Shown here in pieces: positions 24,335 to 35,519 of a stretch of 64,000 nt of DNA; positions within the stretch are counted from its first letter, which is position 1, and each line of letters opens with the position of its first letter. The notes beneath the pieces are model-generated. The model was not told the origin of the DNA. It saw nothing but the letters and a program-made list of their open reading frames with translations, and searched no databases. A program made the position numbers and the translations under genes. The DNA is from Candidatus Thorarchaeota archaeon (GTDB lineage: Archaea > Asgardarchaeota > Thorarchaeia > Thorarchaeales > Thorarchaeaceae): contig CAVSBO010000016.1 of assembly GCA_963726195.1 (NCBI GenBank), forward strand, positions 192,001 through 256,000, written 5' to 3'.

Positions 24335-27300
24335 TCACTCGGAGATTTCGATGCCCTCTTTTCTGAGTGCTTCGACTGCAAACTCAATGGTTTTGCTTAC
24401 GGTATCATCACTAACATTCAGAACACTGAGAACGTTCAACGACCTCCCCCGCGACAGACTCGTAGTCTAAGACGTGTGCCTTCAGCTGTTTCTTTCAGTA
24501 ATTCAATCACGACAACGCCCGTGGACGGCTCCGTGTCGCCCGTTTCGCCGAAACCTGCTGTCACAGTCAACACATACCCTTTGCTCCTTGTCCCAAACTC
24601 CACGCCGAACAGTTTCAGCTCAGGCCCACTTGGTCTCTCAACCTTTGTGGTCTTCGTCAGCGGAGATTCTTCGGATGCTTCTTCGTAGCTCTCTTCGATT
24701 TCCTCAGTGATTGCATTACTGAGTCGCTCATACTCCTCAATGCCAGGCGGCAACGGGACATCCCTAAGATCCCTGACATCGATATTGAGCTGATGACGGG
24801 TCTTCATACTAATATCCACCAGCTGTTCACACTCTGCTAGGAGCGCAACATCGTATATCCCCAGAGGACTGCGTTCAATGCAATGAAGTGCTGACTTCTT
24901 GACCAGTCCGTCCAAGACTACTGTCAAGTGCTTTTTTACACCCAGTTTCTTCAATCGTTCATTGACTTTGACCACAAGTGTGACGTCGTCGGCCTCCTTA
25001 GTCTCCAGCAGCTCTCGACAGGTGGCGGGCAAGACATAGCAGCCAAGAAGAAAGAATCGCCTATGTACCAAGGGTTTGAGACAGGTTGTGCCAACCCATT
25101 CATTCTTGCCCCTCGGTCTCTTGATTACGATGTCACCGTATTCTACGTCTTTGATGGGGTCCCACCTGAGAAGCGTGCCATCATCGGTTACAGGATACTT
25201 CCCTGACATACTGGGCTCTTTCAGCCATCCGACCACTTCATCGGTGTCTGGAGTTGTTCGAACGACGAACGGCTCGACATCCGATTCTGTCGCGTCTCGA
25301 TATTCCACTCTATACACTTGTTGTTTGACATCAATAGAGAACAACACACTTGACATCTTTTGCGGTTCCCTCCCACGCCTTGACTTCTTTCAATAGTCTT
25401 TTGACTGACTCACTGAGACCCGAGGGTTCGGGACCCGGTCTCAGATGCTGAATGGCACTATAGGCTTCAGGGCTCGGCTCAGAGAGCTTGAACCAGCGAA
25501 TTGGGAATGTTCTTGCCTCCGGCGGGGCACCATACTCAAGCATACCCATGCACGACCAACCTTCTCCCTCTTCCTCTTGAGTCTTCATCCATAGGAACTC
25601 CTGTTCCTCAAGAGAAGCAACAATGATTGGCATTCTGTTCCAGCTCTTCTGTGCAGTCTCGGCCGCTTGGCTCAAACGTTCAGGGTCTATCATACATCTG
25701 TACCAACTCAGCCGAAGGTCTAATGACTCCTGTCCCATGACCAGAGCCCCGAGCAATCTCCCTGTCGTCCTTTCAGGAAAAACGAGCCATATGTTGTAGC
25801 CGTCCTCCTGCTCTTCCCATAGCGCCTGCCCATAACGCTGAATCATTTGAACCGGCTTGTGTCTTGGAAGATTCTTCATACCGTTTGCCCTCCGGAGAAG
25901 GTTTGAGTAGATTGCTTGGTAATCATATCTTGAAACGAATTTCTGCCCGGGAGTCTTCTGTGGCTTGAAACCCATCTGGTAAAGCTGCCACTCTGCTACG
26001 GCCGACCAGAGCTGTGCCATCAACTGTGAGGCCGTGCCTTCGGTGGCTTTCTCCGCGGCTGCAAATACTGCGAGGAACAGGTTGTTGCCGTACAGGGAGA
26101 GAATGTCCTGATTGGCATTCACAACTTTCCATAGCGTTTCTCGGCTTTCCGAGTCAAGCACGTCAGCCAGATTCTGCCTTCTCTGGTTGAGCATCCGCCA
26201 TGCAAATTCTCGCTCGGTGTTGCTAAGAATGAGTCTCTTGATATCTCGTAAGTCCTCAAGAAGAGTGTTTTCTCCGGCGGGTACTGAGAGTGCCTTCCGG
26301 CAACTCCTGACAATGTCATTGCAGCAAATCTGCAGGTCACTCTTTGGCGAAACGACCCTCCTGAGGAAGTCAGCTGCGGATAACAGCCTTCTCAGTTCGC
26401 TTCTTCGGGTCTGGAGGGAATCAACTGCCGATTGGTCTGTCGGACCAGTCAACGGGGGCCTGCGACTGAAGCTGCGCCAGTCTTTGGATTTCTCGCAGGG
26501 TGGTGGAACGCTCCCGTACTCCCACCCCCTTGTTGCTTTACTCAGTTCGAAGTATGCTTTTTCAGATCGGCTTGGCTGAGGAGGGGGAAGCTCGGGTCGC
26601 AGGTGAAGCCTATCGCTCATGGGCCAACCGACCCTCGGTGACATCTTGGCGCCTATGACTCGCCACGCCGGTCTCTCAGAGCCCATTGGCTCAGCCACAG
26701 CCGCCCCAGCCCTTGGCCGGCCCAGACTGGGAATGAGAGTCATTGCACCACCCAGCATATCGGCAGCCTGTTCTTTAGTGACAGAAAGCGGGCCAAGACC
26801 CGAATCGGACGACAAGCCGAGACGATTGTACATCGGTATCGAAACCATGGTGGCTTCTAGCATCTCCAGTTTTCCAACTGTCTTCTTGCCCTTGGACAGT
26901 CCTCGAAATCTGCGTGCCCAATCGCTGAGATGAGGAACTAGGATTGTTTCTGAAAAGGGCGCTGCACTCGTGGGAGTGTCGTGTATAATCGAGCCGCATA
27001 TCAGTCCTACGCGGAGACTCTCCACCCGTAACCCGGGGAGCCATCGGCAGGTTCCATATTATCTCATCAATCTGCGAGCTTCTTGGGGAATCATAAGGTA
27101 GCGGCCTGACACAGCGACACTGGTACAGTGAACTCATTCCTGTGCGAGGTGTGCTTTCGTCAGTCCATATGATGCTTGTATTGCTCTTGGGGAGAACGCC
27201 GAGGAGCGTGTCCTCCATCATTGCAGTCAGGTGTTGGCGATGTCTTGGGACAAGCTGAGCCATCTCTGCCCAGCCACCTATGACGAACACGGTCTCGCCT

Positions 27301-29448
27301 GTACTGGCGTTCTTCACTTCTGACTTCACTGCATCAAACTCTGGCACTTTGCCACTGAGGATACACCCTGCGACTTCCGAATCGAGCCTCACAAATACAA
27401 TGCTCCGCAGAAGATGTCTCATATCCTTGTACTGTATTGGAGCAATCTTCCTCTTCTTGTTCAGGGTTTCCATGCCGAATCTTGCTTTGACGAGCTCGGT
27501 CGTGGGGAAGTCGCCGAGAATATTCAGCCAGACAATCCTCGGGCTACTATGTGATGCCATTATGGAATCGTTCAGATGATTCAACAGGTGCCAGTTCATA
27601 GAGATCCATGCCGCTGCCCGCCCGAATCCTGCTGGCGATGAAACAGGTATGTAGAGTGCTAGGTGCCTATCGTCTTTGACCCTGAACTGGAACGGGTTCT
27701 CGACTGAAACGCTGTCCAGTGGTGAGACCTTGTTCGGTGAATATGATGGTCGTTTTGAAGGGCAGAGAACGACTGCGATTCTCGGTGGTCTCTCAAGGTC
27801 ATCCTGTCTAGCTTCGGGTGCATACCAGACCCACCCGGATGCTTTCGATTCAGGTGATTGCAGATTGGCTTTGAGATAATCAATCAGCTCCTCGAACGCA
27901 CGAAGGACCCTTGATTGGCTCTGATGCGTATCTATGAGGATTACCCCTTTCTGAAGGAACTCGGGAGGGGCACTGTCCTCTGGAACCAAAGCGTAGTACT
28001 CTCGGAGCAGGCCACGTTCGTATGTGTCAAGCTGATTAAGTGTCGTGTTGGGCAGGATGGAGCCGACCGCCTCGTTCCACTCCTTTTCACTGAGGGTTGT
28101 CTTCCATAAGTAGGGAACAGGCAGCATGTCCCGTTTGCTCTTGCTCTCCTGTGAATAGAAATTGAAACTGATGGATGTTCTCGTCTTGAGCTCCAGAACC
28201 GTCACAGGTGTCCATATGGCCCCCCCAGAGACTCTCCTCCTGACGAAGAATGCGAGGTCTACCTGACCACCACCTTGTGGTGTCACAAGCGGAAGCTCCG
28301 CCACCACTATGATATGACCTGGTTTCTCCAGCATCGTGTCTCCGGAGAAGACTACGGACCTGACCGACGGTGGATGGTGAAGCCCCGAGAATAGGACCCT
28401 GTGCCAGTCGTTTCCCTCTTTCTGAATAAGGGTCGTCATCTTGCCCATGAGTTTCGTAACGTCTCTCATCAACAATTATCGCTTGGTCAATCATCTTGGC
28501 GATACGGGCACACTGCTTCTTGGCTTCTTCATCGTCTGTCGCGCTGATGACTTCAGTCGCCTTGGTTTTGAGCCAGCACGCATTCTGTGGGAGGAGTGCT
28601 TCATCAAGCATTTCGGTCGCACGCTTGCGTTTTCCTATGTTGCTCCCGTAGAGCGTGCGTATCTCGCGGGCGAGCCTGCGTAGCTCCTTGTCCGCATCTG
28701 GCCAGAAGTCTTTGCGCCCCGTTCTTTCTCCCGTATATACCCAATCGAGGAACGGCTTCAGCCTGTGAACGAGAAAGCGGATATACCCGTGGGCATCTGC
28801 AGAAGGAACATTGTAGATGAAGCACTGGCGGCAGAGTTCAATGACGTGCGCACGGATCATGTCGACAAAGTCCATCTCAGGAAGCGTCGGGTGCGAGAGT
28901 AGGTATGTGGGCCGCTTGGCGCTGCCCTTGTATCCCGCACGCCAGTAGACCTTCTTGACGACGTCAAGAGGCGTTCTTTCCGCCTCAAGATGCGGCAATA
29001 TTCTGACATTGTCGTGCCGGTACTCCCGGACCTGAAAGAACACTGGCTCAGGAAACGGATATCTCGTCACGGCCAACTCGCGCAGTACCGCACCAGCGAA
29101 GTTGATCAGCTCGTTCAGGGGGCCTATCGCGCCTTGTCGCCAGCTGTAGACCCGCTTGTGCTCATGGTTGCCGTATGGTTCTGTACTGTACCATACTATG
29201 TCGAGGTACAAGTGCCTCAAGTTAGGCTCAGCGTTCTGGAGCAGGGCGACTCCCTCAGAGGTGCGCGGGCCTACTGTTTTCAGTTGCTGTCCCAGCTGGG
29301 CCCACATGCGCAGTATGGCCTCGCAAAAGAACTTGGTTCGCTCGTTCTTCCTCCTGTTGGCCAGTTTGACAAGTGCAGACAGACCTGCATACAGGGCCTT
29401 CGCTTGGACTACTGACGGGCTGAATCTCGTCCTCTTGGCGTCCATCAA
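24335..29448 (-). CDS. Giant (~1,700 aa) hypothetical protein with a PD-(D/E)XK nuclease domain and a degenerate P-loop-like region; broken by about 5 indels
   Basis: Four overlapping ORFs (28087-29448, 26775-28475, 25331-27025, 24436-25356) join at single-base shifts; E..GQVDL..VLELKT..QLDTY motif; true C-terminus (..EALRKEGIEISE*) is supported by the paralogous fragment at 63390. Confidence 0.7.
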
Positions 29449-29691
29449 AGATGAGTTGAAAAGCAGCTTTATAAAGAAACCGACATTTTTTGGATTTCTC
29501 CGTTTGACAATCGTGGGCCTTATAATATCCCGATTGTCGGAAAACGCATGGATAATCTTGTTGGCTTAATAACTTTAAATAAACTAGTAACACAGCATGA
29601 ATACGAGTTCAAAACCTCCGGTAGAGACAGAAAAGCGAGTGAACTCATCCAAGGCGCACGTCTCAACTTTAAATAAACAGGGCGGTCGGCG
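29449..29691. promoter_or_regulatory. AT-rich divergent promoter region
   Basis: TATA-like TTTATAAA at 29468; duplicated AACTTTAAATAAAC at 29571 and 29665; inverted repeat GACAATCG/CGATTGTC at 29506-29538. Confidence 0.6.
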
Positions 29692-31383
29692 ATGAAAGAA
29701 TTCGGGCCAATCATCACGAGTGTGAAAATCCCCATACACAGGGACGACATGACACCTGTTCAGATGACGCGATTGTCACAGATTACAGGCCGTGACACTC
29801 GCGTAATCAAGGCCTACCTAGGCGTAATCGAACGCAACCAATCGCAACTGCGCACCGGCAGAAGAACTCGGCTCGACAGAGGAACACTCGACGAACTCAC
29901 ACTGACAACACGGCAATGCAAGAACAACAGAACATCAGTTCCTCATGATTTCAAAGCAAGATTTCCCAGAATGTCCACTAATGAGTTTGGACAGTGTCGT
30001 GACACAGCAATAGCGATGTGGACAAGCTATCTCGAACTCGGGGGCGCAAGGCCTCTAACCTCAAAGAACTACAAGCCCCGTAAGATCCCACGGTGCGTAT
30101 TCCCAAATTGCTTCAGTCTTGTCCGCGATTCATCGACAAGTAAGTACACACTCGAACTGCGCGATTCGCTTGACTCGACACGCAAAGGCTCCCGACAACA
30201 CGACAAGCTTTGCATACCTCTCTCTGTTTCGGATTACCATGAGACAAGACTCGGAGAGGGCGAAGTCAAGTCCGTCAGAGTAGTCAAAGACTCTCTCCAC
30301 AAGTGGTGGGCCGTCTTCTCAGTAAACCTCGAACCAGAACCACAGGATTCCCGCGGAAAGCAACCGGCAGTCTTGGCCATAGACTTGGGCATAAAGAAAG
30401 CAGCAACAACAGTGCTCCTTACGCAGAACGGCATCAAAGAAGTACGCTACTGGAAAGGAACCGAAAAGCTCCAACACATGGCCGCATATGATGCTGCAGT
30501 TGGAGCGCTCCAGAGAGCTAAAACACAGCCGTCTGACCATAACAACGTCCCGCCATCGCTAACCGAGAAGCTCTCCAAGTTGCGTCACAAGCGGGCGAAC
30601 ATCAGCAGAGAGTACGACCGGAAGCTGGTCAAAGACATATCCCAATACGCCCTTGAGCTGAACAAGACATACAATCTATACGTTGCCATAGGCCGCCTTT
30701 CTGGAATCAGGAACCGAGCTCGAAAAGGAAACTTCCAAGGGCCTCGCTTTCGAGGCATGATTCACCGATGGTCGTTTGCCAGAGTCAGTGACTCATTTGA
30801 GCATAAACTCGCAACCCTCGGACTTAGTACACGAAGATTCCGCCGCGTTGCTGAGACCTGGACCAGCCGTGTGTGTCACAGGTGCGGGCATGTCGGCTAC
30901 AGACCTAAGCAGAGTCTCTTCATATGCGGCACCTGTGGGCTCCATACCAACGCAGACCTGAATGCTGCCGTCAACATTGGACGACGGCTTATCATGCTCA
31001 TTCCCGCTCTGCGGGATGAGACCAAGGGACTAGGAATGTCGCTTCCTCCTTGGAGGAAAGCTGCGCCAAAAGCCCCAAGGGGCAGAAACCCTAAGGGGAA
31101 GTCCCTGCCCTCCCAGAGGTCGCCCGCCTCGTTCAAAGGAGGGCCCGTGGCTGCCGACCGTGCTCAAATGCATTTGATAATGCCTGAGTGCGGCGAAGAC
31201 CCCGCCATGGAAAAGACTGTGGAAAGACCGTCTGCTCCCGGATCCACCGGCGATTCCGGGACGAATCAGCAGCAGAAGGAAACCACGCACCGGGAGAGGA
31301 ACAAAGTTCCAGAAATCTCGGGCAAAGCTCACGCACAGGCATTGGGACAACTCCCATTGTCAGACTGGCGACAGCCGTCATGA
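29692..31383 (+). CDS. tnpB: TnpB-family nuclease with rearranged (Fanzor-type) RuvC-II and a long C-terminal tail
   Basis: AIDLG (RuvC-I D at 30382), VAIGRL (G in place of E, 30691), VAETWTSRVC (alternative E, 30853), CHRC/CGTC, NADLNAA (RuvC-III D at 30955). Confidence 0.88.
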   Translation: MKEFGPIITSVKIPIHRDDMTPVQMTRLSQITGRDTRVIKAYLGVIERNQSQLRTGRRTRLDRGTLDELTLTTRQCKNNRTSVPHDFKARFPRMSTNEFGQCRDTAIAMWTSYLELGGARPLTSKNYKPRKIPRCVFPNCFSLVRDSSTSKYTLELRDSLDSTRKGSRQHDKLCIPLSVSDYHETRLGEGEVKSVRVVKDSLHKWWAVFSVNLEPEPQDSRGKQPAVLAIDLGIKKAATTVLLTQNGIKEVRYWKGTEKLQHMAAYDAAVGALQRAKTQPSDHNNVPPSLTEKLSKLRHKRANISREYDRKLVKDISQYALELNKTYNLYVAIGRLSGIRNRARKGNFQGPRFRGMIHRWSFARVSDSFEHKLATLGLSTRRFRRVAETWTSRVCHRCGHVGYRPKQSLFICGTCGLHTNADLNAAVNIGRRLIMLIPALRDETKGLGMSLPPWRKAAPKAPRGRNPKGKSLPSQRSPASFKGGPVAADRAQMHLIMPECGEDPAMEKTVERPSAPGSTGDSGTNQQQKETTHRERNKVPEISGKAHAQALGQLPLSDWRQPS

Positions 31384-31445
31384 GAAGGGTGGAACACAGA
31401 AGCATCTATGTTGAGTCCACTCACCCAACAAAAGCAGAGTCTTCG
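31025..31445 (+). ncRNA. Putative omega-RNA overlapping the tnpB 3' end (scaffold to 31424, then putative guide)
   Basis: Homologous and covarying with 9688-10103; homology stops at CACTCAC 31424. Confidence 0.7.
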
Positions 31446-31508
31446 ACAACTTTAATAGAAAACGTCCGAGGGGTCGTTTCGCGCGAGGACTACGGTGTAT
31501 GTTCGAAC

Positions 31509-31586
31509 GCCCCTGTAGTGTAGTCCGGTCTAGCATAGGCGACTGTCACTCGTCTAACCCGGGTTCAAATCCCGGCGGGGGCGCCA
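31509..31586 (+). tRNA. tRNA-Asp(GTC)
   Basis: GCCCCTG acceptor, GGCGA-CTGTCAC-TCGTC, GGTTCAAATCC, CCA. Confidence 0.95.
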
Positions 31587-31646
31587 CTTCTTCTGGGCCG
31601 CAAGCGACAAGTGAGCGATGACTACGTCATTTCGGTGTGATATTCT

Positions 31647-32650
31647 GTGACTCAGTTCCTAGATGCTTGTTACCATGCGATAGCAAAACAGGCGACATCA
31701 ATACCAGATACCATTAGGGCTGTGAAAGATGACGACCTTCGGCCTCTATCTGGTAAGCAATTCGTCCTGCTGCTTGGATGTGGCGATTCCTATGCGGTCG
31801 CTGAGTATGGTAAATGGGCACTTCTAATGTCTGGATTCAACGCGGTTTCTATCTCGCCTCCCGAGCTACATAGACTCTATATGAAACCGAATTGTGCAGT
31901 CATAGGAGTGAGCGCCTCGGGCCGCAGTCTCGTGACGATTGAGGCGCTGGAGTTTGCTAGGTCATTGAGTGCTACAACCGTCGCACTGACTGATAATCCA
32001 ACTGGAAAAGTCGCTCAAACTGCAGATGTACTTTGGCAGACTCGATCAGGCATGGAATCTTACAATATCAGCCCGTCTGCCCCCACTACTGCAGCACTGG
32101 CGTATCTTCTCGCCCTCGCCTCAAGGCTTCCAAGTCCCATTCAGAATAATCTTCAGCACGATTGCCATATTCTGGAGTCTAGAGCAGAAGAAATCATTCG
32201 CTGGTCGGAACAGCAGGGCATTGCCATCTCCAAGCTGAGCTCAACGAGGCGGTCTCCTGTACATAGTCTCAGATGGACCAAACTACGTCGCTGCTCAGAT
32301 TGGCATGATGAAATTCGATGAATTCTCAATCGTGAAGGGTCTTGCAGTCTTGAAGGAGGAGTTTCAGCACCATTACAACCTCTCGATTAAGAAGGATGAA
32401 CGGGCAGTTCTTGTTCTCGACAACCCTGTCTCGTCCAAAGACGAAAGCTTCTCGGCGGTCATCCAAAGCAAATTGGAAATGAAGACATACCTCCTGCATA
32501 CCGGTACGCTGGGCCTTGTGACGCCCCTTGCACAGGCAATCCCGAATACGATTGCGTTACAGATGGCTTCGTACCATGTCGTACGGAAGGCATGACCCAA
32601 AGAAGAGCGGCTTCAAACAACCACATGCTGATGCGTTCAAGATTTATTGA
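31647..32650 (+). CDS. Double SIS-domain sugar isomerase/aminotransferase-like protein (indels near 32250 and 32590)
   Basis: 'LLGCGDSYA', 'GVSASGRS', 'GPNYVAAQIGMMKFDE', 'EEFQH'. Confidence 0.75.
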
Positions 32651-32674
32651 AGGCATGCCGCGCCTATGAGTGTA

Positions 32675-33436
32675 CTACATCATGCCCCTGTAAAGCCCGC
32701 CGTCAACGAGTATCAGGGCCCCGTGAATGTAGCCTGCAACCGGGCTCAGGAGAAATGCGCATACGGGGCCAAACTCGTCCGGTTGGCCCATTCTCCGCAG
32801 AGGGATCACGGCTTTGATGCTCTCCTCTGATTGAGCACCCTTCGACTTTGACATGATTTCCTCAACGCGCTTGGTGTAGATATAACCGGGGCAGACAGCA
32901 TTCACTCGAACTCCGTCAGGGCCAAACTCGTCGGCTAATGTACGCATCGTACCGACTACTGCTGGTCGCAATGCGTTTGAGAGAAGGAGATTCTCAAGGG
33001 GCTGCTTTACTGAGATGGAGGTGCTGTACAGAACGGATGGGCTATCAGACTTACGTAGAAGAGGCAGTGCATATCTGGTGAGTCGTACTGCACTCATCAC
33101 TGTCAGGTCGAAGGACGAGTACCAATCCCGATCAGATAACTCTGCGAAGGTTCCAGGGGGAGGACCACCTGCGTTCACAAATAGACCATCGAGCCGGGCG
33201 TTGACGGATTGAACGTGCCCAATCAGTGCTTTCACGTCCTTTTCAGATGAAACATCTGAAACAACATACTGCACTCGCTGACCTAGGCTGGAGACTGCCT
33301 TCTTCAAAGACTCTTCAGTACGGCCACAGATGGTAACATCTGCCCCCTCCTGTACGAGTGACTTTGCAACGCTGAAGCCGAGGCCACGAGAGGCAGCTGT
33401 GACAAGGAATCTCCGGCTCTTGAGCTTGAGATCCAT
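32675..33436 (-). CDS. Short-chain dehydrogenase/reductase
   Basis: 'VTAASRGLG', 'NAGGPPPG', 'VRVNAVCPG'. Confidence 0.9.
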   Translation of the reverse strand: MDLKLKSRRFLVTAASRGLGFSVAKSLVQEGADVTICGRTEESLKKAVSSLGQRVQYVVSDVSSEKDVKALIGHVQSVNARLDGLFVNAGGPPPGTFAELSDRDWYSSFDLTVMSAVRLTRYALPLLRKSDSPSVLYSTSISVKQPLENLLLSNALRPAVVGTMRTLADEFGPDGVRVNAVCPGYIYTKRVEEIMSKSKGAQSEESIKAVIPLRRMGQPDEFGPVCAFLLSPVAGYIHGALILVDGGLYRGMM

Positions 33437-33459
33437 GATGCTGCAATCACCATCCAAGA

Positions 33460-34905
33460 GTTCTACTCGGGTTTCAACCTATAGTAGGCACAGGTAGGTA
33501 TGCGTCAGCATACCTATCGTATCCCACATAGATCTGGGGCTTCACCGCATCATCTAGGAGCCTCACGAGTTCATCGGCTCCTTTCCGCTCCGCCCCCGTC
33601 AGGACGTACCCACCCACGTGCAGTGTCGGCAGGATGTTTGCATCCCACCGCTCCTTCTCATGGGGAACGCCCTCCATCCTCAGGTAGAGGTTAATCGCTG
33701 CGTTGAGCTGCCTGTCTATCTTCAGCCCACAGTTCCCGCACTCGAAGACCGCTCCTGTTCTTAGGTCTTTGTTTACCCACCCGCATCTGGAGCACTTCTT
33801 CGAGGTAAACTGCGGAGACAACTCTTCAACAGCGCCACCTTCCGCAACCCGTTCTCATGATCCCGCGCCAGTCCGTTCTCGCCAACCTACGGTTCCACGT
33901 TCTCGAACGCGTGTATATCTTCTCCTTTCTCAGTGCCTCGAAGCCGCTCCTCCTCGAGAACACACGAATCGCTCTCGCAATCTCAACCTGATGCTTCCTC
34001 GCACGGTTCCTTTCCCTTCTCGCTGTATTTTGTGAGGACTCTCTTCATCCTCTTACACTTCGAAGCCTTTCTCTGCACGCTGCGCCTTTTCTCGAAGCTC
34101 GATATGTGGGTCGACACGAGTCTCCTCGTGTCTATCTTCACCCACCCTGTCTCAGGGCTGTAACCATCCAGGGATAGCATGTTCGAGTCCCAAGCTACCG
34201 CCTCAGCAGTTTTTTTCTCCTCCTCTTCTGCCACATGGATGGGCAGGTATATTCTATCGGGCGTGATGACGGGTTCGCCCAAGCCCACGGAGGATACATT
34301 GTCGGGCAGCTTGAAGTAACGTCGGGAGAGGTCGATATAGGCGAACTCGCGTGGCCTCAGGGTGATCCTGAGTGTGTCCCCCTCAAGTTTGAGAAGGGTC
34401 TGCTTGACCCGCAAAAAGAATCTCCCCGAATGTGGACATTCCCTTCTTCTCTCGCCCTTGTCATAGTTTCTTTTCCACGAAGCCATAATACTGAAGGCGG
34501 TCTTCATGGCGGAGTCAATCCAGTGAGCGGCATAGCGCCACTCTTCCAAGCATTTGTTTCTCAGCTCCCGCTTGAAGGCGTTGTCCTTCCTGTACTTGGG
34601 GTAGAGCCTGTACTGCTTCTTTCCTTTGATCTGGTGCTTCTTCCACTCTGTCGTCTGCCAGATGCACTGCAGCATAGTGTTGAGGATGGTATTGTAGCCA
34701 GCCATTAGACCGTTGAGTGCTTCGCCCTGGTTATGGCTGAGTGAATAGGTCTTTAGCGCTTTCAACGACCTCCTCGTACTCGTGGCTCCTGAGACCGTAG
34801 GGTGCACACCTGAGAGAATACAGGCTTCTTTCAGTGTGTAAAGTCTTCCAGGTCTACCTGAATTTGTATGACCTATACCTATGTAAACCCATATAGACCG
34901 GAACT
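33460..34905 (-). mobile_element. IS607-like element: internally deleted tnpA remnant plus frameshifted tnpB (33474-34765)
   Basis: HTH start 'RLYTLKEACILSGVHP' joined to the TnpA C-terminus 'YGLRSHEYEEVV'; tnpB motifs VAWDSN, GFEAL, CSRC/CGNC, DRQLNAA; short spaced repeats at 34850-34900; ends approximate. Confidence 0.75.
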
Positions 34906-34907
34906 GT

Positions 34908-35207
34908 TTACGAGGCGTCCTTAGAGACCGGGGCTTCTGTTCGAGCGCCCAACACGACCTCCAAGTGCAGAAAGCTTGCACTCAAGCGCTCAAAGTTGGT
35001 CGGAACAGTAAACTCGCCTACCCCCAACGAGTTCAATGCGGTTTCAACTTTGGCTGTGGTCAGCTTGAAGTTATCCTCGGATTTGAAAGCGATTAGAACT
35101 CGCTCGTGCTCCTGATCGGGCATCTTGAAGACTGAGTGTACGGGAATGCCGAGGTCTCTCAGGCCAGACTTGATCTTGGACTCGATTGCATCCATTTCTG
35201 TAACCAT
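34908..35207 (-). CDS. Hypothetical protein (~99 aa)
   Basis: Plausible globular ORF downstream of tRNA-Tyr; the upstream part of the computed ORF overlaps the tRNA and was discarded. Confidence 0.55.
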   Translation of the reverse strand: MVTEMDAIESKIKSGLRDLGIPVHSVFKMPDQEHERVLIAFKSEDNFKLTTAKVETALNSLGVGEFTVPTNFERLSASFLHLEVVLGARTEAPVSKDAS

Positions 35208-35292
35208 CCGGTATGCAGTACGGTAAGAAGACACTAAAACTGCTGTAATAGTAGTGTAATACTCTAGGCCAAGTCTGAAGAAACAGAAATCG

Positions 35293-35369
35293 TGGTCGGG
35301 ATGGCCGGATTTGAACCGGCAACCAATGGATCTACAGTCCATAGCTCTGCCAGATTGAGCTACATCCCG
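35293..35369 (-). tRNA. tRNA-Tyr(GTA)
   Basis: CGGGATG acceptor (C1-G72), ATGGA-CTGTAGA-TCCAT, CCA. Confidence 0.95.
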
Positions 35370-35519
35370 TCAATGGATAGCCGGCCTCGGTGCGGATAAA
35401 AACGTTACTCAGTCGACTGCCACTTTGCCAGCAGCATCTTCAGTACATGACATGTTTTCGGAATCTTTGAAAGGTGCAACATATCAATTGGCAACAGAGC
35501 GAGCCAAGGAGGTGCGTCT

